Assembly: GCA_045863395.1 (NCBI GenBank)
Contig: BTVJ01000026.1
Span: 11,593-75,592, forward strand
Source of the DNA: Myxococcales bacterium
Lineage (GTDB): Bacteria; Myxococcota_A; UBA9042; JABWCM01; BTVJ01
DNA: 64,000 nt
Direction of reading: 5' to 3'
The position numbers were made by a program, and so were the translations under genes. The notes under the pieces were generated by a model. The model searched no databases, was not told the DNA's origin, and worked only from the letters and a program-made list of their open reading frames with translations. Below are positions 36,869 through 47,059 of this stretch, piece by piece (the first letter of the stretch is position 1; each line of letters begins with the position of its first letter).

Positions 36869-39055
36869 TCAGGCGAAGGCGGCGTGGATGGCGTCCAGGG
36901 CCGGGGACGCTGAGCCCGCGGCCCTCTGCTCCTGCACCCAGGCGCGCATGGCTGGCGCGATGAGGCCGCGGGGGTCCTTTCCATACGGGGCGAGGCGTGC
37001 CTCGATCCACTCGACGAGGGCTGGCCCCGAGTGGTCCTGTGCCGCCGCGACCAGCTCCGGCACGAAGGCGTCGACCAGGTCCTGCTTGTGGGCGAGGCCG
37101 AGCAGCGGGCTCGTGCGCAGGGCCCAGGCCGGCATGGTGACCCCGAGGAAGGCGTAGGCCTGGGTCGCCACCGCGTCGGCGATGCGCTGCACCTCGGTGG
37201 CCGCTCGAGCTCGGGACGCGTCCAGCGCCTCGTCCGTCGCGCCCAGGCCGAGGGGCGGCTCGGTGACCTCCACGTACAGCTTGATCTTCGGCTCCGTGCC
37301 CGACGGGCGCACGCTGAACCGGGCCCCGCCAACAAGGCGGAACGTCAGGAAGTTGCGCGCCGAGCGGTCCGTGCCGCTCTTGTAGGCGCCGTGGGTGGAC
37401 TCGTCGAGGAAGTCGTCCTTGTGCGTGACGCCCAGGCCGGCGAACAGCCCCCCGACCTCCTGCGCTCGGAAGCCGCGCTGGATGCGAGCGATGCTCTCCA
37501 TGCCCGCGGTGCCTTCGATGACGATGGAGACCTGCGCCGTCTGGTGGACGCCTGCCTTGCGGTGGGCGTCGTCGAGGGCGTGATACAGGGTGCGACCGCG
37601 CGCCTTCTCTCTTGACGCCAACTCTGCCAGGGTCAGCGCCGCCCCCGCGGCGTCCTTGTCCCGGATGTTCGGGGTGATCAGGACGCCGTGGCTCTCCTCC
37701 ATGCCGGCGACGTAGTCGGCGAGGGTCGCTTGGAGGGGGCCGAAGTGGCCGCGCTCCTCCACGTTCGCCATTACGTCCGCGATGTACTTGCAGCCCACCA
37801 GGAGGCCATCGACGACCCGTGCGCCGTGGTACGTTGCGATGGCTGCGGGGAGCATGCTCGTGACCTCGGTCTTGACGACGAAGGCGCCGGCGGGCATGCG
37901 GCCGTCCTCCGCGAGGCACGTCAGGCGGTGGTCGAAGACCAGGGAGCCCAGCTCGTTGCCCGTGATGAAGCGCCACGTCCCTTGACGATCCGGGGCCATC
38001 ATGCCCAGGCGGTCTGCATCGGGGTCCGTCGCCATCACCAGGTCCGCGCCGACGCGCTTCGCCAGGTCGACGGCCATGCCCATGGACTCGGGCACCTCCG
38101 GGTTTGCGATGCGGAAGGGGACGTGCGTGAACTGGCCGTCGTGGGGGCGCTGCTCGGGGACGTAGTCCACGCGGAAGCCCGCGCGCTCCAGCACCTCGCC
38201 CACGTTGGTGTCGCCTGTGCCGTGGAGGTTGCTCAGGACGATGTGCGCGCCGCGTGCCGCCGGACGCAGGGTCAGGCTCAGGTTCTCCTGGACGTATGCC
38301 TCGTGAATGACCGCCGCGTCGAGGAGAGTGATCAGGCCCTGCGCGCGCCCCTCGTCCCACGGCATTCGCCCGAAGCCCTCGACCTGCTCCACGAGCTCGC
38401 TGAACAGCTCGTCGTTCGGGGGGACCTCCTGGCCGCCCCGCTCCTCATAGAACTTGCCGCCGTTGTCGTCCGGGTGGTTGTGGCTCGCGCTCACGTTCAG
38501 GCCGCCGTTGGCGCGGAGCGTCCTGATTGCGAAAGAGAGCTCCGGCGTGGACACGAACCAGTCGCCCGCCGGGTCGGGCAGGTGCACCGCGACCCCGTTG
38601 GCTGCGTAGACCTCGGCGGCCATGCGGGCGAAGTCCCGCGACGTGATGCCGTGGAGCGGACTCTGGACCCCGACGTAGCGGCCCTTCATGTCCTTGAAGA
38701 CGCGGACGTCGAAGGCGATGACCACGGACAGCGGCGCGCCCTGGCCGAACTTCTTGCGCATCCACGCGACGTGCCCCTGCACGCTGGTCGCCAGCGTCCA
38801 CGGGTTCATGGTGTTGGGGCCGACGCCGACGGGGCCCCGGCGACCACCGGTCCCGAAGGGGATGGTCTGGAAGAAGTTGTAGGCGAGGAGATCCCACGCC
38901 CCCCGCTCTGCGAGGGCGTCGATGGAGGGCCGGTAATCGGCGAACGTCTCCTCCGTGAGCCAGCGTCGAAGGTTGGCGAGGGCGCGCTCCTTCTTGTCGG
39001 GGTCGATGTCGAGGCTGGCGAAGCCGCCCTCGATGCGGCGGTAGGTCTGGTCCAT
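36869..39055 (-). CDS. Alpha-D-phosphohexomutase superfamily protein (phosphoglucomutase/phosphomannomutase-like, long form)
   Basis: Active-site Ser motif SASHNHPDDNGGKF, metal-binding loop DPDADR, sugar-binding GNELG; start at ATG 39055 (MDQTYRRIEGG). Confidence 0.85.
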   Translation of the reverse strand: MDQTYRRIEGGFASLDIDPDKKERALANLRRWLTEETFADYRPSIDALAERGAWDLLAYNFFQTIPFGTGGRRGPVGVGPNTMNPWTLATSVQGHVAWMRKKFGQGAPLSVVIAFDVRVFKDMKGRYVGVQSPLHGITSRDFARMAAEVYAANGVAVHLPDPAGDWFVSTPELSFAIRTLRANGGLNVSASHNHPDDNGGKFYEERGGQEVPPNDELFSELVEQVEGFGRMPWDEGRAQGLITLLDAAVIHEAYVQENLSLTLRPAARGAHIVLSNLHGTGDTNVGEVLERAGFRVDYVPEQRPHDGQFTHVPFRIANPEVPESMGMAVDLAKRVGADLVMATDPDADRLGMMAPDRQGTWRFITGNELGSLVFDHRLTCLAEDGRMPAGAFVVKTEVTSMLPAAIATYHGARVVDGLLVGCKYIADVMANVEERGHFGPLQATLADYVAGMEESHGVLITPNIRDKDAAGAALTLAELASREKARGRTLYHALDDAHRKAGVHQTAQVSIVIEGTAGMESIARIQRGFRAQEVGGLFAGLGVTHKDDFLDESTHGAYKSGTDRSARNFLTFRLVGGARFSVRPSGTEPKIKLYVEVTEPPLGLGATDEALDASRARAATEVQRIADAVATQAYAFLGVTMPAWALRTSPLLGLAHKQDLVDAFVPELVAAAQDHSGPALVEWIEARLAPYGKDPRGLIAPAMRAWVQEQRAAGSASPALDAIHAAFA

Positions 39056-39165
39056 GTGCGTCTCCAAGGTCAGGGGGCCACGTCCGGGCGAGCATAGCCG
39101 CTCGGGCGCCTGGCTGGAAGTGCAGTCGGGCGTCCTCGGTGCTACCATCCGCACCGGAGGTACGC

Positions 39166-40392
39166 ATGGCTGGTCTGAAGGTGGTGGCCATCGGCGGCGG
39201 GACAGGGCTGCCGGTCATCTTGCGGGGGCTGCGGGAGCTGATCCGGCGGGGCGAGCCGGAGGCGGCGCGCCTGAGCCCGGACGACATCACCGCCATCGTC
39301 AGCGTGGCAGATGACGGCGGCTCCAGCGGGCGGCTCGTCGACACCTTCGAGACCCTCCCGCCGGGGGACCTGCGCAACTGCCTGCTGGCCCTCGCGGATG
39401 AAGACGCAGCGCCCGTGCTGCACAAGTTCTTCGGGTATCGCTTCTCCGAGGGAGAGGACGGCGAGCTGGCGGGCCACTCCGTCGGCAACCTGATCATCAC
39501 GGCGCTCACGCGGCTGAACGGGAACGACTTCCGCCAGGCGATCCTGGACGTGGCGCGCATGTTGAGCCTGCGGGGGCGCATCCTGTTCCCGACCCTCGCC
39601 CGGGTCGTGCTGTGTGCCCGCCTCCTGGACGGGCAGGTGGTGTGCGGCGAGTCGCGCATCGGCCGCCGGAACAGCGCGGCGCGCATCGAGAGCGTGTACC
39701 TCGGTGCTCGGATGGCCGGTGACTTTCGGTGTGTACCACCGCCGTTCCTGCCGCCCGCGTTCCCGGAGGCGGTCGAGGCGGTCCGCGCGGCGGACGTGAT
39801 CATCCTCGGGCCGGGGAGCCTGTTCTCCAGCGTCGTGCCGAACCTGCTCGTGCCGGAGCTGGCGCAGGCGGTCGCCGAGCGCGCCGCAGAGCGCCCGCTG
39901 TTCTATGTGTGCAACATCATGACCGAGCCTGGGGAGACGGACGGCTTCAGCGTCGGAGACCACGTGCGGGCCATCCGGCGCCACGCCAACATCCCGATCC
40001 CCTGGTGCATCGCCAACCGGCAGCGGATCCCGGACGAGCTGGTGCAGCGGTACGCGCGGGCGAGCCTCCTGGCGGGCTACAGGGCGGTACGCCAGTCGCT
40101 GGACGACGTCGCCGTCAGCGCCGAGGCGGGGAGCCTGGAGCCCGGGGCACTCATCGAGCACGCGGAGTCTCAGGGGGTCCGCCTCCAGCGCCTGGCGCAG
40201 CTCATGCGTGAGGCCATGAACCTGCAGATCCAGGTGCTGCCGAGCCCCGAGCGGGACGCCAACCTCAACGGGACGGAGGTCGTCGAGGTGGACGCCGTGC
40301 AGGAGGCCGAGGTCAGCGACCAGGGGCGGCTGAAGCGGGTGATCCGGCATGATGCGCTCGCGGTGTTGCGCGCGGTGCTTGCGCGCGTCTGA
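39166..40392 (+). CDS. YvcK/CofD-like protein (gluconeogenesis-factor / UPF0052 family)
   Basis: GGAGG RBS; VVAIGGGTGL, DDGGSSGRL, LGPGSLFSSV motifs. Confidence 0.8.
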   Translation: MAGLKVVAIGGGTGLPVILRGLRELIRRGEPEAARLSPDDITAIVSVADDGGSSGRLVDTFETLPPGDLRNCLLALADEDAAPVLHKFFGYRFSEGEDGELAGHSVGNLIITALTRLNGNDFRQAILDVARMLSLRGRILFPTLARVVLCARLLDGQVVCGESRIGRRNSAARIESVYLGARMAGDFRCVPPPFLPPAFPEAVEAVRAADVIILGPGSLFSSVVPNLLVPELAQAVAERAAERPLFYVCNIMTEPGETDGFSVGDHVRAIRRHANIPIPWCIANRQRIPDELVQRYARASLLAGYRAVRQSLDDVAVSAEAGSLEPGALIEHAESQGVRLQRLAQLMREAMNLQIQVLPSPERDANLNGTEVVEVDAVQEAEVSDQGRLKRVIRHDALAVLRAVLARV

Positions 40393-40678
40393 GCGGTGGC
40401 TGGCTCACGAGGAGTCGCGCGCCCGCAGGAGCAACCCTGCTTCAGGTCGACGCAGCCGTCCGGGCAGCGGTGCGCCCACCGTTGCAGAAACGGAGGAGAT
40501 CGCGCCCTCGTCAGGCTCGCGTCGCTCCTCGCGCACAGCTACATCGCCCGTAACGCCAACGTACCTCGGGGTCCGATTGCTGTTGACGGCCTGACGAGGG
40601 GCTTGGTAGCTTTTGCCGCGCACGTGGCGGTCTTGCCGCGTCGCGTCATGGCCGGAGAAGCCAGCCCCGGAGGACATC

Positions 40679-41836
40679 ATGGACGACGTCATTTTCCAGG
40701 TCACCCAGAAGCATCTCAACACCGGGCTCCGCGGCTACCCCGTCGGCACGTGCCGGACGAGCTCCGTGGATCCGTACAAGGGCCTCCACTATGTGGGGTA
40801 CCCCATCCGGGAGCTGGCGTTCCTCGACCCGGAGGCCGTCATCTACCTCCTCTTGAACAAGAGCCTGCCCACGGCCGCCCAGGACAAGGAGTTCCGGGCC
40901 GAGCTGGCGGAGCGGTCCGCGAAGTTCCCGAAGGGGGTCTTCGACATTCTCCGCGCGCTGCCGAAGGAGGGCCACCCCATGGAGTGGTTCATGACGGGGC
41001 TCATCGGCCTCGGCATGCTCGGCAAGACCGAGAACTTCCTGGAGGACGGCAAGAACCTCATCGCGTGGGCTCCTCAGGTCGTGGCGGCGGTGTACCGCCT
41101 GCGCTCTGGCTGGGGTGAGCCCATTCCGCCGGACCCGAAGCTCGGCTACGTGGAGAACTTCGTCCACATGCTGGGCGTGCCCGGCGCCGACGAGGCCAAG
41201 CTGACGAAGCTGCTGCGGGTGTTCGACATCCTCCACTTCGACCACGGCGGTGGCAACCTGTCCACCTTCACGGGCAAGGCCATCGCATCGGGCCTCGCCG
41301 ACCAGTTCGCGTCGATGGCGGGCGCCATGGCGGGGCTGTACGGGCCGCGCCACGGTCGGGCCAACCAGGACTGCCTGAACTTCGTGCGCGAGGTGGGCAA
41401 CCCGGACCCGACGCACATCGAGAGCTACGTTCGCAACCTGCTCGCCAACGGCGGCTTGGTGTTCGGGTTCGGGCACGCAGTGCTGCGCGTCGAGGACCCG
41501 CGGGCGGACATCCAGTACGAGCTCGGCAAGCAGCTCTGCCCCGACAACCTGGAGTTCAAGACCGCCCTCGCCATGCGCGACGTGATCCCCCGCGTGCTCA
41601 AGGAGAACGAGAAGATCTCCGACCCGTACCCCAACGTGGACGCGGTCAGCGGCTCGCTGCTCAACGCCCTCGGGCTCACGGACTCCAACTTCTACACGGT
41701 GCTGTTCGGGTGGTCCCGGTGCGTGGGCATCGCCGCCCAGATCATCGACGAGCGGCTCAACCTGCGGGACGGCAAGGGCGTCGCCATCTACCGCTGCAAG
41801 TACGTGCCCGAGAACCAGCCGGAGCGCCACCTGTAG
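40679..41836 (+). CDS. Citrate synthase family protein
   Basis: GGAGGA RBS before ATG 40679; conserved GFGHAVLRVEDPRA and HGGGN motifs. Confidence 0.85.
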   Translation: MDDVIFQVTQKHLNTGLRGYPVGTCRTSSVDPYKGLHYVGYPIRELAFLDPEAVIYLLLNKSLPTAAQDKEFRAELAERSAKFPKGVFDILRALPKEGHPMEWFMTGLIGLGMLGKTENFLEDGKNLIAWAPQVVAAVYRLRSGWGEPIPPDPKLGYVENFVHMLGVPGADEAKLTKLLRVFDILHFDHGGGNLSTFTGKAIASGLADQFASMAGAMAGLYGPRHGRANQDCLNFVREVGNPDPTHIESYVRNLLANGGLVFGFGHAVLRVEDPRADIQYELGKQLCPDNLEFKTALAMRDVIPRVLKENEKISDPYPNVDAVSGSLLNALGLTDSNFYTVLFGWSRCVGIAAQIIDERLNLRDGKGVAIYRCKYVPENQPERHL

Positions 41837-41837
41837 G

Positions 41838-42194
41838 GTGCGCCGCGCCGTCGTTGCCCTCCTCGTCGCCACCGTGTCCCTCGGCGCCGGCTGCTCAGCC
41901 GCGCGCCGAGGCGCAGATCCCTGGTGGGGCCCAGACAAAGCGCAGCACCTTGCGTTGAGCACGTTCGCGGGAGCCGCGGGTGTCGGAGCGGCGACCGCCG
42001 CTTGGGGCGAGGAGCCGCTCTGGGCGCGAGGTCTGGGCGGCGCGGGCCTTGGGCTTGGCGTCGGCCTGCTCAAGGAGGCCGCCGACGCGGCGGGGCTCGG
42101 CACGCCGTCGATGCGGGACGTGGTCTGGGATCTGGTGGGCGCTGTCACCGGGGCTGCGGTCACCGCCGCGGTGCTGTGGGCGCTGGAGCCCGTG
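41838..42194 (+). CDS. Possible small YfiM/DUF2279-like lipoprotein; 3' end undetermined because no in-frame stop occurs before the frame runs antisense through the DAHP synthase gene
   Basis: N-terminus MRRAVVALLVATVSLGAGC (lipobox) followed by WWGPDKAQHLALSTFAGAAGVGAATAAWG. The frame stays open to 43247. End coordinate is nominal. Confidence 0.3.
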
Positions 42195-43226
42195 TCACTG
42201 GGGGGCGGCGCCGAGGCTCTGGCCCACGATGGGCAGGATGGCCCGCAGCTCGCCCATCATCTGGCTGAACATCTCGGGCGTGAGGGACTGGGCGCCGTCG
42301 CTCAGGGCGCGATCCGGATCGGGGTGGACCTCGACGATCAGGCCGTCGCAGCCGACCGCCGCAGCGGCGCGGGCCATGGCGGGCACGTGCCGCCGGATGC
42401 CGATGCCGTGGCTCGGGTCCACGATGACCGGCAGGTGGCTCAGGTGGCGCAGCACGGCGACCGCGTTGAGGTCGAGGGTGTTGCGGGTCATGGTCTCGAA
42501 GGTGCGGATGCCGCGCTCGCAGAGCATGATCGCCTGGTTTCCCGCGCTGAAGATGTACTCGGCCGCCATCAGCAGCTCCTTGATGGTGGCGGCCAGGCCG
42601 CGCTTGAGCAGGACTGGCACGCGCCGCTGTCCGATGGCCTCCAGAAGCGAGTAGTTCTGCATGTTTCGCGCGCCGACCTGGAGGACGTCGGTGTACTCGC
42701 AGACCATGTCCAGGGTCTCGGTGTCCTTGACCTCGGTCACGATGCGCAGGCCGGTCTCCGCCCGCGCCTTTGCGAGCAGCTCCAGGCCCTCCTTGCGGAG
42801 CCCCTGGAACTCGTAGGGGCTCGTGCGAGGCTTGAACGCGCCGCCGCGGAGGAAGGTGGCGCCGGCGGCCTTGACCGCGTGGGCGGCCGCGAGGATCTGG
42901 GCCTGGCTCTCGACGGAGCACGGGCCCGCCATGACGTGGAAGGTGCCGCCGCCGATGATGACGCCGTCGCCGAAGTCGATGCGCGTCGGCTCGGGCTGCA
43001 TCTCGCGGCTGACGAGCTTGAAGGGCTGCGACACGGGGACGCACTGGGCGATGCCGTCGAGGGAGGCGAAGACCTCCTCGGGGACCGGGCCCTTGTTGCC
43101 GGTGATGCCGATGGCGGTGCGCTGGCTGCCGGGCATGGGGTGGGCGCGGTAGCCCAGGAGCTCGATGCGCTCGACGACCTGCTGGACCTGCGCCTCGGTG
43201 GCGGATGGCTTCATGACGATGAGCAT
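42195..43226 (-). CDS. 3-deoxy-7-phosphoheptulonate (DAHP) synthase, type I-beta-like, with short N-terminal regulatory extension
   Basis: GGAFKPRTSPYEFQGL, KDTETLDMVCEYTDVLQVGARNMQN, VIVDPSHG motifs; start at ATG 43226 (MLIVMKPSATEAQVQQVVERIELLGY…). Confidence 0.9.
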   Translation of the reverse strand: MLIVMKPSATEAQVQQVVERIELLGYRAHPMPGSQRTAIGITGNKGPVPEEVFASLDGIAQCVPVSQPFKLVSREMQPEPTRIDFGDGVIIGGGTFHVMAGPCSVESQAQILAAAHAVKAAGATFLRGGAFKPRTSPYEFQGLRKEGLELLAKARAETGLRIVTEVKDTETLDMVCEYTDVLQVGARNMQNYSLLEAIGQRRVPVLLKRGLAATIKELLMAAEYIFSAGNQAIMLCERGIRTFETMTRNTLDLNAVAVLRHLSHLPVIVDPSHGIGIRRHVPAMARAAAAVGCDGLIVEVHPDPDRALSDGAQSLTPEMFSQMMGELRAILPIVGQSLGAAPQ

Positions 43227-43315
43227 GGGCGACTCTGCTCCTGGTGAGGGGCACGCCATTGTAGGCGCGGCCATCCGACCTTTCAATGGCGAGGGGGGCA
43301 TGGTAGAACGCGCGG

Positions 43316-43843
43316 GTGGGACGCCTCCTCCTCGCACTCGGCCTCGTGTGTTGTCAGGAGGCGCCCGATCCGGCGGGGTGTCGCAGCGACGGTACCCTGG
43401 GCGCGTGCTGCGATGTGGCGCCGTGTCTGGCCCCCCTTGTGTGCCGGCCGGTGGGTGACCGCGAAGCCTGCACCGTCGCTTGCGACGCGGAGAGCGGGGC
43501 GGGCTGCCCGGGCGGTAGCGTGTGCGTCGCCCAAGCGGAGGGGGCGGCCTGTGTCCCCGCTGGGGGTGTCGTCGGCCAGGGCTGCTCGTTCACGGACGAC
43601 TGCCGGCCGGGTCTGATCTGTGAGAACCGCTTCCCCGGAGGCTACTGCACCGCGCCCTGCGAGAAGGGGACGCCGTGCCCGTCCGGAGTGGGGGACGCTC
43701 GCTGCGTGCGCCTCTCGGGCGACTTCGGGGCCTTCTGCCTGGCGCCGTGCACCACGAGTGCGGACTGTGCGCCCGGCGCGGAGTGCACGGCCGTCGGGGG
43801 CTCCGGCGTCTCCGTGTGCTTTCCGAACTTCGAGGACGGCTGA
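43316..43843 (+). CDS. Cys-rich protein, probably secreted; start uncertain
   Basis: GTG 43316; short hydrophobic N-terminus (GRLLLALGLVCC), about 30 Cys in 175 aa with CxxxC-type spacing; stop overlaps the ATG of the next gene. Confidence 0.4.
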   Translation: MGRLLLALGLVCCQEAPDPAGCRSDGTLGACCDVAPCLAPLVCRPVGDREACTVACDAESGAGCPGGSVCVAQAEGAACVPAGGVVGQGCSFTDDCRPGLICENRFPGGYCTAPCEKGTPCPSGVGDARCVRLSGDFGAFCLAPCTTSADCAPGAECTAVGGSGVSVCFPNFEDG

Positions 43844-44469
43844 TGGACGGACAGAAGGACCAAGGCGCGGCGAGGACCCGCAAGCTGTTCGCGCTGGGCG
43901 TGTTCATGGTGCTCGTCGTGTTTGCGCTGTGGCGCATCCGCGCGTCCCTGGAGGAGCGCGGAGTCGACTCCAAGCTGCGGGCCCTGGCACCCCAGGTCGG
44001 CGCGGATCTGGTGCTCACGGACTTCGAGCCCGCGAAGCATGATCGCGCTCTGGAGCCTGCTCCCTGGGTCGAGGGTGGGCCGGTGCGGCTCTCGGACCAC
44101 GCGGGGAAGGTGCTCTTCCTCAACTTCTGGGCCTCCTACTGCGAGCCGTGCAAGCGGGAGCTGCCGTCCATGGCGCGCCTCGCCAAGGAGCTGGCCGGTG
44201 ACCGCTTCGTCATGGTGGCGGTGAGCTACGACGAGTCCTGGGACGCGGTGTCGAAGTTCCTCGAGCAGATCGGCGGTGTGCCCCAGAACATCGTGTTCGT
44301 GCGGGACCCCGCGGCGCAGGCGGACCCGCTTGGGACCCACTATGGCACCCAGAAGATCCCGGAGACCTACGTGATCCGGGACGGGCGCATCCTGTTTCGC
44401 TTCGTGAACGAGCGCAACTGGATCGACATGGCCATGGTCCGCTTCTTCCGCGCCCTGATCGATGGCTGA
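43843..44469 (+). CDS. TlpA-like thiol:disulfide oxidoreductase (thioredoxin fold, membrane-anchored)
   Basis: Start ATG 43843 (MDGQKD…); TM anchor LFALGVFMVLVVFALW; redox motif WASYCEPC. Confidence 0.8.
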   Translation: MDGQKDQGAARTRKLFALGVFMVLVVFALWRIRASLEERGVDSKLRALAPQVGADLVLTDFEPAKHDRALEPAPWVEGGPVRLSDHAGKVLFLNFWASYCEPCKRELPSMARLAKELAGDRFVMVAVSYDESWDAVSKFLEQIGGVPQNIVFVRDPAAQADPLGTHYGTQKIPETYVIRDGRILFRFVNERNWIDMAMVRFFRALIDG

Positions 44470-45367
44470 GTCTCCGCGGTGGCCGGTGCTTCTGGCCGGC
44501 GTCGTGTTTCTGGCGCTTGGCGGCGTCGCCGTCTGGGCGCTGTTCGACCGGCCACTGCCCGCCCCGGACTTCTCGACGACAGGGTGGCGGCCGGCGAGCG
44601 ATGAGGTCGCTGCGCAGGCTGCGGCGGACCGGGCGCTGCTCGCCCAGGGCGCCGAGGACCCGGAGCTGGATCGGGCCGTCGAGGAGTGGAACGTGGAGGA
44701 GCTGCGCACGGGGGGGCGCGGCATCGACGAGGGGATTCGCCGGGCCCAGACGCGCGTCGAGGAGGCGGCCTTGAGGGCGCTGTCCCGGGTGGGGCGGGAC
44801 GGCTACCGGGCGCTCGGGCTGGCGCACCGGGAGCGCTTTCTCGCTGCGATGGACGCGTACCTGGCGGCGGTGCGCGCGTCGGGGGAGCCGCTCACCGGCT
44901 GGGATGTCAGACACCCAGATCTCGCAGAGACTGGTGCGATGCGTCGCCTGCTCGGGACCTTCCTGCTCGACGCCCGTCGGACCGGCGTCGTCCGGGAGTC
45001 GGGCGAGGTCACCGAGGACGCGGCGACGGTCGTGCCGCTCCTGTTCATGATGCGGTGGGGGCTCTTCGTGGCGCAGGCCATGCCGGCCGAGGAGCTGCTG
45101 AGCACGTTCGAGCGCAAGACCTTGCTTGCGTGGAAGGCCTGGGCCAACCCGACGCTGAACATCAGCCGGCGCAGGGAGGTGCTCGCCCGCCTCGCCGCCA
45201 TGGACGCGCGCGCGCCGGTCCACCGCGTCCTTGCGCTGCACTACATCCGGGCGCAGGACTGGCCGTCCGCGGCGCGGGAGACGGTGCTCGCCATCCTGGA
45301 CGCCCCCGAGGACCGGACCTTGGCGGCCAACCTGGCGTGGCTCAATGAGCGACTGGAGGGGCGCTGA
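44462..45367 (+). CDS. Hypothetical membrane-anchored protein
   Basis: ATG 44462 overlaps the TlpA-like gene end; N-terminal TM (WPVLLAGVVFLALGGVAVWALF); no family recognised. Confidence 0.5.
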   Translation: MAESPRWPVLLAGVVFLALGGVAVWALFDRPLPAPDFSTTGWRPASDEVAAQAAADRALLAQGAEDPELDRAVEEWNVEELRTGGRGIDEGIRRAQTRVEEAALRALSRVGRDGYRALGLAHRERFLAAMDAYLAAVRASGEPLTGWDVRHPDLAETGAMRRLLGTFLLDARRTGVVRESGEVTEDAATVVPLLFMMRWGLFVAQAMPAEELLSTFERKTLLAWKAWANPTLNISRRREVLARLAAMDARAPVHRVLALHYIRAQDWPSAARETVLAILDAPEDRTLAANLAWLNERLEGR

Positions 45368-45454
45368 CCTCGTGAGGCGGGGGGCATGCGGGTGCGAGGG
45401 CTGAGCGGCGGGCGAGCGGCGGGCGTACCGGGCCTGCGAGATGAGATGAGAGCT

Positions 45455-45488
45455 GAGTATACCTGACCCCTAGAACGACCCCTAGAAC
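45455..45488 (+). repeat. GAGTAT-N3-TGACCCC motif followed by a 12-bp direct repeat x2 (GACCCCTAGAAC); the second copy contains the OMP gene stop codon
   Basis: agctGAGTATaccTGACCCCtagaacGACCCCTAGAACttcac; compare the related element at 55501-55603. Confidence 0.85.
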
Positions 45489-47059
45489 TTCACGCTCGCG
45501 AGCAGGCTCACTCCGAGACGGCTCGGATCCACGAACACGCGGGTGCCGATGCCGTTCTCGTCCTTGCGGATCTGGGCGCGGTCCGGGTCGTAGGTGTAGT
45601 CGACCTGGACCAGCGCCGCGAAGGTGCTCTCGTAGGTCCAGCGCAGGCCGCCGAGCGCGCTGATGATCGGCAGCGCGTCCTCTCCCTCCGGCAGGATGTC
45701 CCAGTCGCCGGGCTCCGTGCCGCGCACCACGACCTTCTGGATGCCCTGGCTTACCTTGGAGTTGTTCTGGCCGGCGGGCATGACGCCCCGGTAGGTGGCG
45801 GGGAGCTGGACCCCGATGCCCACGTAGGGGGTCAGGCCCAGCTCCGTGAACAGGTGGTCGACGGCGATGGTGCCCGAGACCTCGGGGGTGACCTCCGCAG
45901 CCTCCGGGAGCGCCGAGTAGGGGAAGTAGCCGGGCACGTTCGCCGTGATCCAGGTCATGTCGCGGAAGCCGCCGTCCAGGTGGATGCGGGTCTCCTTGAC
46001 CTTGACGCCCACCGACGCGAAGCTCGCCATGGCCAGCTCGGTCTTGGTCGAGCCGGTGAAGTCGAAGTCGGCGAGGGTCTGGGTCTGGAAGCCGAACTCC
46101 GCGGCGATGCGGTAGCTGACGTCGCCATCGTAGGGCTCCGACTCCGTCAGGTCGAAGCGGACGGGGTCCTCGCGGAACAGGTTGAGGTCGAGCCGCCGCC
46201 CCACGGGCGCCCCTCGCGAGAAGGACAACATGGCGCTGGCCCCACCGGCGACAATCGGCTTGCCGAGGACCTCCGCCTTGTTGTTGGTGCCCTTCTCGAA
46301 GACCCCGCCGTTGGCCTCGAGCCACAGGCCGTCCACGCCCAGCTCCACGCCCGCCCCGAAGAGGCCGCCGTAGAAGGTGCGCTCGACGAAGAGGGTCTCG
46401 TTGCCCTCCGAGTTGGCGAGCTTCACCTCGACCGCGCTCTTGATCAGCGCGGTCTTGAGGCCCGCGAAGGCGTAGAAGCCGCCGATGTCCACGCCCACCC
46501 GCGCCGCCGGCGCCGACGTGGTGCGGAAGTTGCGGGGGAACACGTCCGTGCCGCCCCAGGACAGCTCGTAGTGGAAGCCCATGCGCAGGCGGTCCGCGTC
46601 GACGGGGAACAGCTCGATGAAGGCGCTGTCGCCGATGCCTCGCTTGACCTTCTGGCCCGAGAGCAGCTCGCCCGTGGACCCCTGGTGCCGGTCCGGGTCG
46701 CGGTTCCAGAGGAAGTTGAGGCGCATGTATGACGCGTCGTCTCGGATCGTGCCCTTGGCGATGTCGATCTTCAGGTTGATCGCGGCCTCCGGAAGGAAGG
46801 CCTCCGTCAGGTCCAGGGCTTTGTAGAGGCCGATGTGCATGAAGGTGTCGTAGCGGTCCGGCAGCAGACGGTCGATGCTCGGGTCCGGCGTGCCACCGAT
46901 GTAGATGTCCGGGCTCGACTTGCGGTCCTCGCCGGCTCCCCGCAGCACGTTGTCGTCGGAGAACGGGAAGCTGATCTTCGCGTCCAGGTACTCGCCCGCC
47001 ATCGCGGGGGTGGCCATCGCGCCGAGGAGCAGGGCCAGGGTCGTCACGCTACGCTTCAT
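45482..47059 (-). CDS. Outer-membrane beta-barrel protein, function unknown
   Basis: Start ATG 47059 with signal peptide MKRSVTTLALLLGAMATPAMAGE; alternating amphipathic strands; C-terminal …LLASVKF (terminal Phe typical of OMPs). Confidence 0.7.
   Translation of the reverse strand: MKRSVTTLALLLGAMATPAMAGEYLDAKISFPFSDDNVLRGAGEDRKSSPDIYIGGTPDPSIDRLLPDRYDTFMHIGLYKALDLTEAFLPEAAINLKIDIAKGTIRDDASYMRLNFLWNRDPDRHQGSTGELLSGQKVKRGIGDSAFIELFPVDADRLRMGFHYELSWGGTDVFPRNFRTTSAPAARVGVDIGGFYAFAGLKTALIKSAVEVKLANSEGNETLFVERTFYGGLFGAGVELGVDGLWLEANGGVFEKGTNNKAEVLGKPIVAGGASAMLSFSRGAPVGRRLDLNLFREDPVRFDLTESEPYDGDVSYRIAAEFGFQTQTLADFDFTGSTKTELAMASFASVGVKVKETRIHLDGGFRDMTWITANVPGYFPYSALPEAAEVTPEVSGTIAVDHLFTELGLTPYVGIGVQLPATYRGVMPAGQNNSKVSQGIQKVVVRGTEPGDWDILPEGEDALPIISALGGLRWTYESTFAALVQVDYTYDPDRAQIRKDENGIGTRVFVDPSRLGVSLLASVKF

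Noticed and set aside
36726-42163. Long minus-strand ORFs 36726..38360, 38445..39803, 39142..40350 and 40646..42163
   Set aside because: Each is either an alternate frame of the phosphohexomutase gene or antisense to the yvcK-like or citrate synthase genes; low-complexity translations.
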